Assembly (NCBI GenBank): GCA_964016885.1
Contig: OZ024741.1
Coordinates: 264,368,001 to 264,432,000, forward strand
Direction: 5' to 3'
Source: Eledone cirrhosa
Lineage: Eukaryota
Length of the DNA: 64,000 nucleotides
Both the position numbers and the translations under genes were made by a program. The first letter of the stretch is position 1. Each line of letters begins with the position of its first letter. Below are positions 28,600-44,005 of this stretch, one piece after another. The notes beneath the pieces were generated by a model that ran no database searches, was not told the DNA's origin, and worked only from the letters and a program-made list of their open reading frames with translations.

Positions 28600-30399
28600 A
28601 CTAATGGATACGGTTTAAACTACCGGAACTTTTAGGTCTATAATAGAAGAAAGAATTAGAAATGGCATGCGGACAGGAAGAAAATATCTCAGATTTTCTA
28701 TTAAGCAATGTGCTCCTAGAGAAAATTATAGAATGGGTCTCAAGGATACAAAGATTACAGAATTTAGTGTGTATTGATAGGTATTAGAGTGTGGTACTAT
28801 TCGCCAATTTAGGCTATATGGTATACCAGCCCATTTTAAATCCCAGATATGGTGTGCCAAAGAAGTAGAGTTCTTAAACTTGATATGCTTAAAATTAGAA
28901 ATATGCGAATTAAACCTAGTTTTAAAGGTATTAGATGTGGAGCCTATATATGTGCTACAAGAAGAATTAGTCCTAACTTCACAAGCATAAACAATATTCC
29001 TAGAGAGGCAGTGACCATTTAAAGGGCAGTTATTACTTAATCTACAGTTACACTTCCGAGTACTAGTGACTAGCTGATTACGCGATGCATTATTCCTAGG
29101 GTTATTATAAGATAAGATTTGCTCGGGCGGTAAATTATCAATAGAGCTATCTAGATTAGCAGTACGCAAAGAGGAGTAGCTATCCCTAATTTTCCTATTG
29201 TTAGTGCTAGCTAGATGAGAATTAATGTTAGGGGTGGTAGAGAAGGAGAGTTTAATTACGTTTTTATTAAATATACCATGATATTTATTAGTAGGAGGGA
29301 AATTTTTCTCTAAGATAGAAAAGAAAGACCTAGGGATATTAGTTAATACTTCATGATCAAAAGGCGGGTTAAAGTAAGTATTGAGTCTCCTCCTATTCCT
29401 ACATTTACTATCTCTACCGTAATTTGGTATCCTATTAATAGGATCAGGGTTAATATGAGGATCAGTAGAATTAACACTATTAGAAGCAGTTAAAACATTA
29501 CCACTGGGTGAACGTTCAGAGCGCCTATCCTGCTCCCTAGAACTGATCTCGATATGCGTACCATTAGACTCACTAATCCGACTACTATTTCGGTAGCTGA
29601 ACTTAGGGTTCGGTTTGGATATATCTATAATATTTCTATGATTCCTATGTTTTCTACTCCCATTCAAGGCCATATTATGGGATATTATGTTATTATGGGT
29701 AATCGGAGTCATTTCAAGGTTGTCCTCCTTATAATGTATTTTACCAGAGTAACCTGAGTTAGCTAGGGCGTTATTATAATACTCTGCATGTGAATTAAAG
29801 ATTCCTATATCCTTAGAGAGTGTGGAGATTCTATTAGATACACCATTAATTATAGAACTAATCATAGATTTAGGGTGGTTGGAATTGGGATTAACATAAG
29901 AGAGTGTCTCATTAGGCTTGTGGAAGGGTTTATAACTATTAGTGACCAAGTCCAATGTCACATCTAAAAAGTTGACTGCCCTATTATTCTTATCAATCGT
30001 GATCGAAAGGTTAAAATTTTTTAAAAATTTATATAGTTTCTTCCTATTATGCTCAATGTTATTAGTGCTAGAGTTTATCACAAGTAATGCATCGTCACGA
30101 TAAAGTCCCCCTTTAAGGTGCGGAAAGCTAGCATACAGTTCGTTCAAGAGGAACAGCCCAACAAGGTCAGTTATCTGGGCCGAATCACTCGAACCCATTG
30201 TAACGTCAAAGTTGTTGGGTGTGTTTTTACGCGTCCAAAGAGTATCTTCGAATTTTATTATAGTCATACGGGCGGCTAGTATAACATCTATCTGGGGTCG
30301 CGTAAGACTAGACATTCTCATGGCCATAATTAAGGCCTTATTAAGGAGGATAGGTGAAATCGACGTGTAATAGGCGTCTATATATATACTTATTATCAA
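28600..30399 (-). pseudogene. Penelope RT + GIY-YIG endonuclease ORF (5'-truncated, frameshift near 28765)
   Basis: YYTSIS, TMGSSDSAQITDLVG, YRDD, FLDVTLDL, CNCR..CPLNGHCL..IVY..YIG; after the frameshift CNLC..E..LLNRKSE..CPH. Confidence 0.9.
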
Positions 30400-30990
30400 T
30401 ACTTTATGTACTTATGTATTTATGTATATATATATATATTTTTCAACATACTCAAGTTTTATTAAGATATTTTTTCTTGCTCTGTGTATAACTTTATATA
30501 CAACTTGTTGACATTAAGTGATATGTTTGATGTAGTTCTGTATATTTTGATGTCTATATTAATATATTATTTCTTATATAGCTTAATTTTTGTATAGTTT
30601 ATGCGCACCGTCAGGGTGTTTTTATTTGATTTTATATTATAAAGAGTATATTTATACTTATTAAGTGTTAGTATGTGTTTGTGTAAATGTATATGTATAT
30701 GGATATATATATATATATATATATATACATTTATTAAGCTTTATTACCCATTATATTGTATTGTAATTCTCATATTATATTACCATGTTGTATTCAATGT
30801 ATTTGTATCACACTGTAATTTCTACGTTGGTTGGACATTTTACTCACTTCCTTGCCATATAATCTATTTTTGTAACTTTCAGCTTGCATGCTTTTCCTTC
30901 ATATCTCTCATAAGCTTTCATAGATATGAATTCACTATTCTTCTGAGTTTTGGCTAGTTCTAGCCGTTAATGCTTCTTATCTGTTTAATT

Positions 30991-31028
30991 GCCCTGGTGA
31001 GTCCTTAATGGGACGAAACATTGTAGGC
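30991..31028 (+). ncRNA. Minimal type I hammerhead (CUGGUGA core variant)
   Basis: GCC-CTGGTGA-GTCC(ttaatg)GGAC-GAAACA-t-TGTA-GGC, then AATAAA. Confidence 0.7.
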
Positions 31029-31067
31029 TAATAAAGACTTTTGATGTATTGAAGGCTTCTTTGTCTA

Positions 31068-32120
<1,053 letters not shown>

Positions 32121-33499
32121 TGTTTGTAGTTATATATACGTGTTTATTAGCGTGTGGTGTGTTTGTGCTTTTGTGTGTTCGTATTTGTATGCGTGTATGT
32201 GTGTGTCTATTGTGGTTTTACATAAGTGTGTTTTACAACTTCTAGCTACTATTTCTAGCAGGTTATATGATCAAATTGTTTTTTTTTTAAAGTTGTTTAT
32301 ATAAGCACATGTATGTGTGTATAGTAAATGTTTGTGACTTTATGGTCGATGGTTTCGGATGAATTACAGTCAGTGATGTAACCAAAAAAAATGTTCATTT
32401 TAAAAACACATATTTTGGATCTTGGTTGAACTTGTAAAATAATTAATAAATTGTGCCGAGAAACAATTGTTGAGAATGAAATGGTTTTATTCGACCAAAA
32501 CATTCAATTTTAGTATTCGAAGCCGAGTTTAAACGAATCCAAAATGGCTGCTTGCCAGATTTTAACCTAAGATTAACATAATCACTTATCTAATCAACAA
32601 CAAATTAGCTGCCATTGTTTCTGTCCAGTTTCTTTTATCTTCCTTGGTTGAGTGTCGTCTCTTGTATTTCAAAAACTACTGAGGCCAAAACTACCGGAGC
32701 AAAGAATTACACTCTGGTATTTTAAAAACCACTGAAGCATAGAAGTACTTTTTTTGTTTATGTTTTTTTTTATTGTTTTAATTACTTAGCACAATAAAAT
32801 AGTTTTAAAAATAATTTTTTTGAATTGTTTTGAATATTTTCGTAATTTACTTAATTTGTTTTTGTTTTACAGGACTTTTATATTACAGTCAGCAGAGTAG
32901 AAACGGCCTCTGTAATCGCTTTCAGGCCCTCCGAGACTGAACAGAGTAAGGGAATTATACTCAAATCTAAGACATCGGTCCAAATGCTTGCAAAGGCCAT
33001 CTGGTAGAGTTTAAGGGGGATACGGAATTAAATTTACACCCCACTCCCATGTAACGTCCTTACAATACTTACCTTACAATAATTTGATCGACTCGCAGCT
33101 GCTTACTTATGGTGCTACGCAGCAGCATTGAGCCGGAAACTGCACAATTGTGAACTTTTTAATCATAAAAACAAACCAGTTCGAGTAAAAGTGACTTGAT
33201 ATAAGATTGTGTTTAAACTGGAACAACTGCAGCACGAAAGCGATATTATAACTGTTTAAAACATACATATATTGGCGAACGATGAAATAAGTCTTAACGT
33301 AGTTACTTGACCTGCTATAAATAGCAGCCAAACCGACCTCGAATCACACCCCACTGATTTAAACAAAGAACTAGTAATTTGATAATGTAACACTTGATAC
33401 GTCTAAAATGGTAGAGAATCATAGCTGGAATACTTTTGGGCTGCATTATCAGTGTTTACCTGTGTCTCAACCACAACTGCATATATACCATTATAGGTC

Positions 33500-33740
33500 A
33501 CTTTGTATGTTGCCCCTCGGTCAGCTCTGTCAACGAGTGTTCCAAAGGATACGATGAACGGAACAGCCTCCTCATGAAATTAACATGCAAGGGATTGAGC
33601 ATTCCACAAGCACGTGTACCCTTAAAATTGTTCTCAACGAGATTCAGCGTGACACTGCGTGTGATAAAACTGGCCTCTTGAATTACAGGTACAACTCATT
33701 TTTTGCCGGCTGAATGAAGTGAAGCAACGTGAATTAACGA
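33500..33740 (-). mobile_element. Decayed SINE-like interspersed repeat
   Basis: Resembles, from memory, an abundant cephalopod SINE body (CATGAAATTAAC.TGCAAG..GAGATTCAGCGTGACAC..TTGAATTACAGGTACAACTCATTTTTGCC); no second copy in this window. Confidence 0.45.
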
Positions 33741-34104
33741 TATACATTATAGTGACAAAACCTTTCACCGTACAACATGGCTCTCATAACCTTTCCACGA
33801 TACAATTTGCTTTCATATGTTTAACAAAAACTTTGATGACGGTTTACTTTCGACAGCTTTATACAAAATGCCATCTATTGTGTGAACTAAGTGTCGTATG
33901 GAGCAGGGAATTAGTAAATCAAAAATAAAAATGCGTTATATATATATATATTTTTAAATGCATAAAACCTACATTAATAACAAAGCCTACAGTAGTTACA
34001 TGAAAACGAACTGGAATAAAATTATAGTAGCTACAATTATTACACAGCAGCTACTTAACGATTTCTTCCTGATATAGATGGCTAAAATAATAGTGTAACG
34101 GAAT

Positions 34105-34335
34105 ATCTTCAATTTGGTGTTCGTGCCTACCCCCAAATATATTCATGAATCTTGGGTATTGACCTAAGAAAACGATTGCGAATACAAACCAGCCGAAATG
34201 GGTTTTTTCGAAGAGTCTTTGGAATAACGTTGCTCGACCGAGTGCGTAGCTCGGAGATCACGAAGTCGCTCCAGGTAGAGTCGCTACTTCGCATCGAGAG
34301 ATACCAGGTCCGGTACTACGGATATGTGGCTGCTT
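34105..34335 (+). mobile_element. RTE-like LINE fragment
   Basis: Homologous to 38164-38365 (IFNLVFVP..HESWV). Confidence 0.7.
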
Positions 34336-35144
34336 CTGATAGGAACCTCCGGAAGACGTGTCTGGGGACCATTTAAAAGCTTTTTGCACACAATAAAACA
34401 TGTGAATCAAAACAACGGAGAGCAACAGAGCCGAGTTGTTCAGCAACAGATCCCAGAAACTGTTGCTTTCAGAGTACCAACAGTCGTAGCTCCGAGAATT
34501 GCAGAAGAATTTTCCTTGAACTCAGTTCCAGAAACCGACGATGTGAAAATCGATGTATTATCACCCCATCGTCATACAATGAAGAAGGGGGTGAATAAGA
34601 ATCAGGGATTGTAAGTTATCGGGGGTACTGTGGAAAATAGAAAATAAGAATGAAAACCTCTCAAAAGAAAATGAATCAAAAGGAAAGGCAAATAGAATAA
34701 AGAGGGAACTTGGCTCTAACTATATGTTTCCCCATAGTTCTCACTAATGAACTTGGCTCTACCTATATTCTCCCGTAGTTCTCATTATTGCAAACGAAGT
34801 ATTTATGTATTAGTTAAATAGCTTATAAGAGCATTTAGGGAAAATTCGGGTTTACAAGACGAGCTCCGATTATATGGAGTATGCAGAAGTTAGGATGCTT
34901 GTAAAAAAAATATCTGCGTGTTACGTAGAGTTCTAATTGAATTACAAGAGACGTGGGACCATTACCTTAATTGTTGACAGGGTACTTTTAAGATAAGGGC
35001 TATTCATGTTTAATATATCGCTTAATGTCTTGAACCCTACCCTTGTTTTTATAAAACTGTGTATTGTTTATTACCCACAAATTGTTCGTTTTACGGCATG
35101 AATAAATGGGCCCTAGTAGTAAATAAAAGTAAAATAATAATTAA

Positions 35145-35330
35145 GGGCAGTGGTTTGGCAGTATCGGTAGAGCGTCAGACACCATCCTTTGAAGCATAGA
35201 GTTATGGCCCTTTATGTTCCTTTCATCCTTACGGGGTCGATAAAATAAAGTACCAGTCACGGACTGGGGTCATTTAATCGACTATCCCCTCCCCCAAAAT
35301 GACTGGCCTTGTTCCTATACTAGAAATCAT
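35145..35330 (+). mobile_element. tRNA-derived SINE with (TTG)n tail
   Basis: Same head and body as 23905-24095, internally deleted. Confidence 0.8.
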
Positions 35331-37364
35331 TGTTGTTGTTGTTGTTGCTGTTGTTATTGTTGTTGTTGTTGGTGGTGGTGTTTTTGGTGTTGTTGTTGGT
35401 GTTTTTGGTGTTGTTGTTGTTGTTGTTGTTAAACTTGAAAATTGCTAATGTCATTACTAAAAGCTGGGACCGATAAATTATGTACAAGTATTCGAGTTGA
35501 TTTAATCGATTCTACAGCCCTCACCAAGTCTGTGACCTTGTGGCAATGTTAAGATAATTATTTTGATAAAAGAGACAGCTTTGATCGTAAATATGTTTCA
35601 AATCTTCATTTCTTTCCTTTCTCTAGCATCATTTCAGCAGAAATAAACGACACATTTAAAGTCCCACACCGACGTGGTGACAGTTATTTCATATTCACAT
35701 GTTCTGATTTATTATTAATTATCTAATTCTCCTACTATTTTCTCCTGTTACACAAAAAAGCACAGGTTTTACAACATTTACCATTTTCTCTTTATTTTTT
35801 AAAATGTTTATTTTGACTCCAGTTGGCCTTCCTTATTTATTTTATTTTATTTTATCTTTTAAATTTAAATTCAAATTTTTATAACCTCTTATGCCTGTCT
35901 ATCTTGATTTTTGTTTCTCAACTTGAAGAAGCACTAGATACTTCCCCTAGTCTGTCTTGGCTTACTAGCTCTATACGGACGTTTAAATCGATTAAATAAA
36001 TAGATAAATAGATGAATGAATACCACCCCGTATCTTACACACTCACACATCTCTTCTCAACAAACTAACTTCTCATCCTCTCTTCATTCTATCCACTCTT
36101 CGTCTCGCCACAACACTGACATCTGATTTACTTCGTGATGACTTCATAATTAAAAACTGTTCAATAGCTTTTCTCTAGAGCGACCTCTCTCTGGAGCTTT
36201 TAACTCACTCCACACTTTCTTTCCAGCTATTAATCTTCCGATTCTTCAAACATAACATCAATCAACCTAACTTTTCCCAGTTATCCCTGTCACTCTGTCT
36301 TTAACAGAAAGTCGACTTCCCATTTAAAGACGATCTCAAAGTTATCTTAGCGATAAAACACCTGCCTATTTCCGAGGGATGAATAGATTCAAATTCTTTT
36401 TTCGCCTCTGACTTCTTTAGACTAACAAGAGAACTTGAACTTGAACTTAGTATTGAAAGATGGTGTATCACTCGTTAATTATACACTACATCCACTGGCT
36501 GGAGAAATTAGCTCTACATTCGGATTATATCAAATCAAGCTTGTATGCAGTCGCTTGACTCATATTGTCTTAAAAGTTTAAGAACGTATTGGACAATGTA
36601 ATCATAAATAGACATGGCAAATTGGCAGAGTTGCTAGAACGTCGGATAGAGTGCTTCACGGTATTCCTTTCGACTCTCTGCTCTCTTAAATGACACCGTG
36701 TTCAACTTTGCTTTTCATCATTTCACGGTCGATAAAAACAGTAGTAATAGGGGCGATTTTTCTTCTATATCTCTTTCTCACTCCCAATCTCTTACTCTCT
36801 AGCGTTCCCTGGAAGAAATCTACTGTATTCAGTCCTGGAGAGAAAATGGGTTCTTCCAGGTTTTAAAAACTGCCATAGAAACGCCATATGTCAATACGGC
36901 GCCCCTACAACTTCCTCAGGAGTTACGGGTCCATACGTACAATCACACATAAACAAAATGATTGTTTAAATAGTTTTAATCAAGGACAATTGTAACACGT
37001 CCTGTGTTGCTTCGTGCGAAGAATGATGCGGTATGATAGCTTTTAATGAATCTGACCATACTGCAGATTTTACTGTCTTATTCGTGCCAGTCACCAATAG
37101 GGTAATTTTCTCAGATATGCGAAGACTTGGCCTTTTTAGAGGCGTCCTTTACTCTCCTCATCATAACTGGGCTCTGAGAGTTTACTTGAGAGCTAACAGT
37201 GTCACCCATTGCTCTATCTCTACTAGTAGTTTATGGCTACTAGGTACGGGGTTTCTTATTTGTCTGTCAGTACCCATTTGTATCGTAACTAAGCATCATA
37301 TCTGGTGGTCATATCGCTATCTGCCACCTTTAGCCCGATCTCTAGCAGCACAGCTCTGCTGAAA

Positions 37365-38565
37365 AGTAAGATAATGAAGTGCTCTAATTATAGAGGGTTC
37401 TCCTTGTTAAGTCTCACCGGTAAAGTCTATGATATGTGTCTGACAAAAAGATGTAGGGATATCGTAGAGTCCAAGCTAGCTGACGAACAGTGTGGTTTTC
37501 GCCCCAGACGCACCACAGCCGTCTGCGGCAGGCCTTTGAGAGATCGTGAGAGTATTGCCAAGAGGTGTATACTTGTTTCATAGACGTAGAAAAAGCATTA
37601 GACTGCGCTCCAGGGACATAACGTGGAAAGTTCTGCAGGATTATTGAATCACTGGGCTGCTTCTTTATGCCCCGAAGTCTCTATGCAAATGTTCAAGTAT
37701 TTGTGTTCGGATAAATGGTACTAAGTCGAAACCATTCAATTGTCACCCCCTCTTGTTCCTAATTTTTATGAACAGGATTGACATGCGCAGCCGGGTTGAA
37801 AGTGGTATCAAGACCGGCAGATGTAGGATCAGTCAGCTGGTATTTGCAAATGACATGGTATTAGGTAACTCGTCAGAAGGTGATCTCTGACATGCATTTG
37901 ATAAATTTGCAGCCGAGTGCTGTATGCAGGAATGAAAATCAGTGCTGCGAAAACTGAGACAGTCGTCCTCACAAGAAAGCCAACGAGGTGCATTCTGCAT
38001 ATGAGTGGGGTTCCACTGAAGTATCTCGGGGCCGTGTTCTCGAGTGATGGAAGGCAGGTGGCTAAATTAAGTGCAATGATTGAGGGAGCTGGTGCAGTAA
38101 TACGCCAACTTCAGCATTCAGTAATCAAAAGAAGGGAGATAGGTGTAAATGCCAAACTCTTTATCTTCAATTTGGTATTCGTGCCAACCCTTACCTATGG
38201 TCATGAATCTTGGGTAATGACTGAAGGAATACAAGCGGCTAAAATGGGTCTTTGGAGTAATGTTACTCGATAGAGTGTGTAACTCGAAGATCACAGAGCC
38301 ATTCCAGGTAGAACGACTACTTCTCCAAATTGAGATATCACAGCTCCGATACTATCGGCATGTGGTTAGAATGTCTCGGGAAAGAATCGCTGGACAAGTG
38401 TTATGAGCAAAACAAACCGGCAGGAGTCCCAGGGGTAGACCTCGAGCAGGATGGTTGGATAACAATCACGAGCTCAGTTAATATCGCTTGAAGATCCAGC
38501 CTGATCAATTTGAGAAGGGTACTTCTGACTGGACCCATTGGAAGGAGCACTTGAGGAATCTATCC
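37365..38565 (+). mobile_element. Decayed RTE-like LINE RT
   Basis: CSNYRGFSLLSLTGKVY, EQCGFRP, IDVEKA, KYLGAVF, LTYGHESW; many stops. Confidence 0.85.
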
Positions 38566-39103
38566 GTTATTCTACCAAATCTGCCAAACCCACTTCGTTC
38601 ATAGAATTATATGAAATATATTTTAGTGGTCATATGACAGGATCAGCATAGCACCATGTTACGTAGCTCTAATGAATATTGTATGCTTATTGAAGTACTA
38701 TAAATAATAGCTTTATGATGTCCTATAATTCTCTATTACTATTTTATAGATAATGTATATTTAATGAAGATTGATTCCAATAATTACGCATTTCAATTAA
38801 TCTCTGTCTATATATCATCTCTTCATAAAAAAAACAAAAAACTGGTCTGAGTTCTGACCGATTAGTTGAGATGTCCAGATAACATAAGAACTGAATTGTG
38901 GTCTGACTGATTAGTTGAGATGTCCTCACAAATATAAAGTACTGAGATACTAAGCCCAAAGCCTAAGAAGAATTTTCCACTTTACGAAAACAATGGCGCC
39001 CTAAAATCAATACTTTATATATCATTTGATTCAATTTATTTATCTGCTGTCTTATAAACAGAAGTTTCATAAGCTCAAGCATCCGAGAAGAAATACTGTA
39101 GAC

Positions 39104-39711
39104 AAGCGGTCCCTGAAACCCAGGATGGCTGACCGGTACAGAGCCGCACAGAAAAAAATTAAAACTTTTTTTTCCATTTTATTGACTATGGCGATAGACT
39201 TTATGTTAAGTTGCTTCTTCATTGTGTTGACTTACATTTACAGTATAAATGAAATAATTAAATTAATAATGGTTTCTAAATTAGGCACGAGGCCAGCAAT
39301 TTGGGGGAGGGTAAAGTCGATTAAATCGACCCTAGTGCGGTACTGGTACTTTATTTTATCGACTCCATTAGGATGATAGGCAAAGATAACCTCCGTGGCA
39401 TTTGAAAGTAAAGAGCCGTAACTCTATGCCACAAAGCGTGTTGTCCGACGCCAAACCGATACTGCCAATCCACCACCATAATTTAGTGTAGATCTTGACC
39501 GAGATTGAACTTCAGACAAGGTTCCCCACAGTCTAGACCACCGAGACGGCTACAATAATAAATTAAATTGAAAATGAAATTATATAATATGCACTTTATT
39601 GTTTATGTTTTGTATGCACGGGGCCGACACCGACCCTGCCTCCTCCTCGGTCCGTGGAGAAATTGTCTTGCATGACACCGGTTCGTGATGAAAAACGTTT
39701 GGGGGCCGCAG
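39104..39711. mobile_element. hAT-type MITE with a nested SINE (about 39265-39478, minus)
   Basis: Perfect 8-bp TSD CTGTAGAC at 39096-39103 and 39712-39719; imperfect TIRs AAGCGGTCCC / GGGGCCGCAG. Confidence 0.75.
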
Positions 39712-39989
39712 CTGTAGACAACAAACAACCAAGAAGAAATACTGTAGAAAACAACTCCCAGATTAGTTGATTTCGCTGACAAAATTCAGTGGTCTTTTAT
39801 ATTCTCTTGCATTGATAATGATATTGATAAAGACATGAACATCAGATAATCCTCATTTATTCCGCTGTTATAATGTTGCCACAGTTTGCTTGCTCGTGGT
39901 TAAAGTTCCAAATTATGCGACGTCAACCTCGGCTTTCTGTACTTTGAAGCTCTATGAAATAAATGCAAATGATTATACTTGTGGATAAA

Positions 39990-40420
39990 ATGGGCATGTG
40001 GTTAGAATGTCTCAGGAAAGAATCACTAATAGATGTGTAGCTCGGAGATCAGAGATTCACTTCAGGTATAGCTGCTACTTCTCCGAATTGAGAGGTCACA
40101 GCTCTGATACTATGGGCATGTGGTTAGAATGTCTCAGGAAAGAACTGCTGGACAGATTTTACTGACACAACCAATTGGCAGGAGACCGAAGGGTAGACCC
40201 TGAGCAAGATGGTTGGATAACATCCATGAGCTTGGCTGGTCTCACTTGGGGTTTCAGCCTGATCAGTTGGAGACAGTTGCTTCTGACAGGACCTGGTGAA
40301 GGAGTGTTTGAGGACTCTGCCCCACGGCCCTCTCAGGATTAAGTGGGTGAAGAAGAAGAAGAAGAAGAAGAAGAAGAAGAAGAAGAAGAAGAAGAAGAAG
40401 AAGAAGAAGAAGAAGAAGAA
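39990..40420 (+). mobile_element. RTE-like LINE 3' end with (GAA)n tail
   Basis: Homologous to 38270-38560; (AAG)n at 40349-40420. Confidence 0.8.
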
Positions 40421-40829
40421 TATTATGAAAAGAAATTTTAAATTTCCGGTTGCTTCTGAGAATTTGGGGGTGGCTGGCAGCTATTTATTTATTTCAATTT
40501 GACTCCAGCTTCATTTATTCATCTATTTATATTTTAAATGCTTAATTAATGTGCAATCTGTCAAAATAAAATTAATATCTTACTTCACGTAAATTTGGAC
40601 AAGTTCTTTTTTAAGTCTACGTAGATTGAGAAGAGATAAATTTTGTATGAAACATTCTATAAAACCTCAAGTATTGTTGGATGAATGAAGAAGATTTAGT
40701 CTTTATGTAATATAATTAATGGAAGAGTAAATTTATTCTATGTCCATACCTGCATTGTTTTGGCTTTATTATACATATACAAACGTTTATACCTCATTAC
40801 ACAATGCTTCAAGTGAACTATAACCTCCT

Positions 40830-40874
<45 letters not shown>

Positions 40875-40905
40875 CATATATATATATACGTATATATATA
40901 TATAT

Positions 40906-41509
40906 GTCAGGTCACCAGTTGGTGCTACTGGTAACATGTATCCCAGTACAACCTGTCCCATGGTCGGGTTGTTGGCGACTAAACTGGCAACCCCACCAAG
41001 GTTTCTTGGTGAGGAGGGTTACTTTGGACATCCTGCAGGACTAAAAACAAAACCTGTCAAAGGGTAAAGGAGCTCTTAAGAGTCAATGGCCATCCAAAAT
41101 CACCGGGAGAGATGACCCCTTAGCCTTTGTTAAGGCAGAATTCTAGGAGAAGGAAAACTCTGATATAACACCTGCAACCCTGATGGTATCCAATGATGTT
41201 AACTTGTTCTTCTTTTTGGTAAATATCATCTTGGTTAAGAGAGTGGGACTGGCTTTGTGCAGTGCCTTTGCTTACTATAAAAGGTTCACGGCACAGGCAT
41301 TGCTTTATATCTGGTGATCTCTCTGCACTTGTCGTCACATGGTACCATGGGCCCAGCACTGTGTCAATAATTGTCACATGTGTAGTGTTTGTACCAGAGT
41401 TTTCAAGTCGCTGGCTGGACTAAAACGTCACACTCGTTCAGCGCATCGGTAGGGGTTCTCCTAGATGGATATAAAGTAGTGGCCGTACTCGAAAACGAGT
41501 TGGCAGCCA

Positions 41510-41512
<3 letters not shown>
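40906..41512 (+). mobile_element. Short LINE-derived repeat, homologous to 14428-15053
   Basis: Shared head of about 195 bp and shared 3' motif; (TA)n flanks. Confidence 0.5.
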
Positions 41513-41583
<71 letters not shown>

Positions 41584-41584
41584 G

Positions 41585-42299
<715 letters not shown>

Positions 42300-42302
<3 letters not shown>

Positions 42303-42996
42303 TTTTTGAATTTGTTTTGCAAGATTGTTGAAACAGATATAGTTATACTTTGGGAGGGTCATGCTGCCAATAAAAACACGTGCATTTGTTGGTTTTCACT
42401 TCAATTTAATATAAATTTCCGTTGGTTGGTTCGATAACTGGATGGTTGTTTATATATTGTCAAAGCACTTTCGTTACACATTCTGTGACCTCCTAAGTGA
42501 CTGATTTCTTATTTTGTGTCTCCCCTTTGTTCTGTCCTATACCATCTTGTTTTGTGTGTTGTATGCTATGTGCTTGGTTTGCGCATGTGTTACATCCAGG
42601 TGTGTGTGTTTATTTATTTTCGTGTTTATTTACTTATCACTCGTTGGTTGTTTGTTCTATCTCTGTGTGTCTGGTTTGTTTTATTAGTTTGGTTTTGAGT
42701 GTCTCTGTATGTCATCAGTTTGTCCTTAATTACTACTTGTGCTGTTGTTACTATTCCACTCATGTTTTCTGTTTAATTTTGGTTGGAGTTCGTTTATATT
42801 TGTCGCCTCTGTAGTTTGTCTGAGTATTGAGTCTTTTCTGTGTATGAATATCATTTTTATCTTTATGTTGTCTAATGTGCTCCTATGTTATATTTTGGGA
42901 TGTTGATGGAGCACTGATGAGTTTTTCCATCTGGGAGTTCTCGCCAGTGCTCCTTTATTCTTTCTCCTATGTTACGGGCTGTCTCACCTATGTATG

Positions 42997-42997
<1 letters not shown>
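42300..42997 (-). mobile_element. Penelope 3' fragment, same family as 20262-22410, with a degenerate hammerhead at 42459-42501
   Basis: Colinear homology with 20262-20920. Confidence 0.85.
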
Positions 42998-43070
<73 letters not shown>

Positions 43071-43107
43071 CAGGATAGAACCAGTTGTTTAAACTAGTTT
43101 GAACATT

Positions 43108-43318
43108 ATTCAACAGAGTACTCGATACTTGAGGTAGTAGAATATGGCTATGTTATAAAGAGTCAGGACCCCGACGGCTGAGCTCTTGGCGTTTCAACAG
43201 CTAGTTCCAGATTCTGGAACTAGCTGTTGAAACAACAAGAGTTCGGCCGTCGGGGTCCTGATTCATTCATACAACCATACTCTAGTTCCCCAATTATCGA
43301 ATACTCTGGTGGATAATG
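43108..43318. repeat. Palindromic element related to 31481-31650
   Basis: Arms GACCCCGAC.GCTGAGCTC..GTTTC.AC.GCTA.TTC fold back around 43212. Confidence 0.8.
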
Positions 43319-43326
43319 GTCTAATC

Positions 43327-43608
43327 CAGGCATGGGCAACTTTTTTCGAGAAGCGGGCTGCATAAGATATGGCTCATCATCGGGCGGGCCGCAAGCGCTA
43401 ATTTACATTCGTGCCCACATTTAAAAAAAAGGGTGGTAACTCAGGTTGTTTTGATTTGTTTCTTCAGAATTCCTACACGTTGTTTTCCTCGATTGTAAAA
43501 ATGATAGAAAGATAAATTACGACTAAAAAGTAGAGCAAAAAAATCAGAAAGATTTCACTTAGGTGAGCCATTGAGAAAGCTTCTCGGGCCGCACGTTACC
43601 CATGACTG
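43327..43608. mobile_element. hAT-type MITE
   Basis: TIRs CAGGCATGGGCAAC / GTTACCCATGACTG; TSD GTCTAATC / CTCTAATC (7 of 8 match); subterminal CGGGCCGCA motifs. Confidence 0.85.
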
Positions 43609-43871
43609 CTCTAATCAGTTTCTGAATCCATTTTGATATATATATAGGTTAATAAGCTGTTACGGAGTCCGTCTCTTGTTGGGTTGTGCTCCATGTTCAA
43701 GGCGGCTGTAGATTGTTGAGTGTATATAAAGTGACAATAAGTATTGCAGGTTTTTGTGAAACTTTATTGCATATTACAATTGTTTCTAGATCGGTCAGCT
43801 TGGGTTTAATCAGGCGATCGGACCGGATCCCGACCCTTAATCGACACTTCTTCAGATATGCGAGTTTACAT

Positions 43872-43955
<84 letters not shown>

Positions 43956-43961
43956 AGTATA

Positions 43962-43999
<38 letters not shown>

Positions 44000-44005
44000 C
44001 ATATT

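Larger units (their letters stand above)
26541..31075 (-). mobile_element. Penelope-like element (Naiad-like) with inverted pseudo-LTR, interrupted by a Helitron
   Basis: RT + GIY-YIG ORF; 26541-26652 is inverted at 30768-30876 and 26661-26707 at 30382-30426; hammerhead plus AATAAA in the plus-strand arm. Confidence 0.8.
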
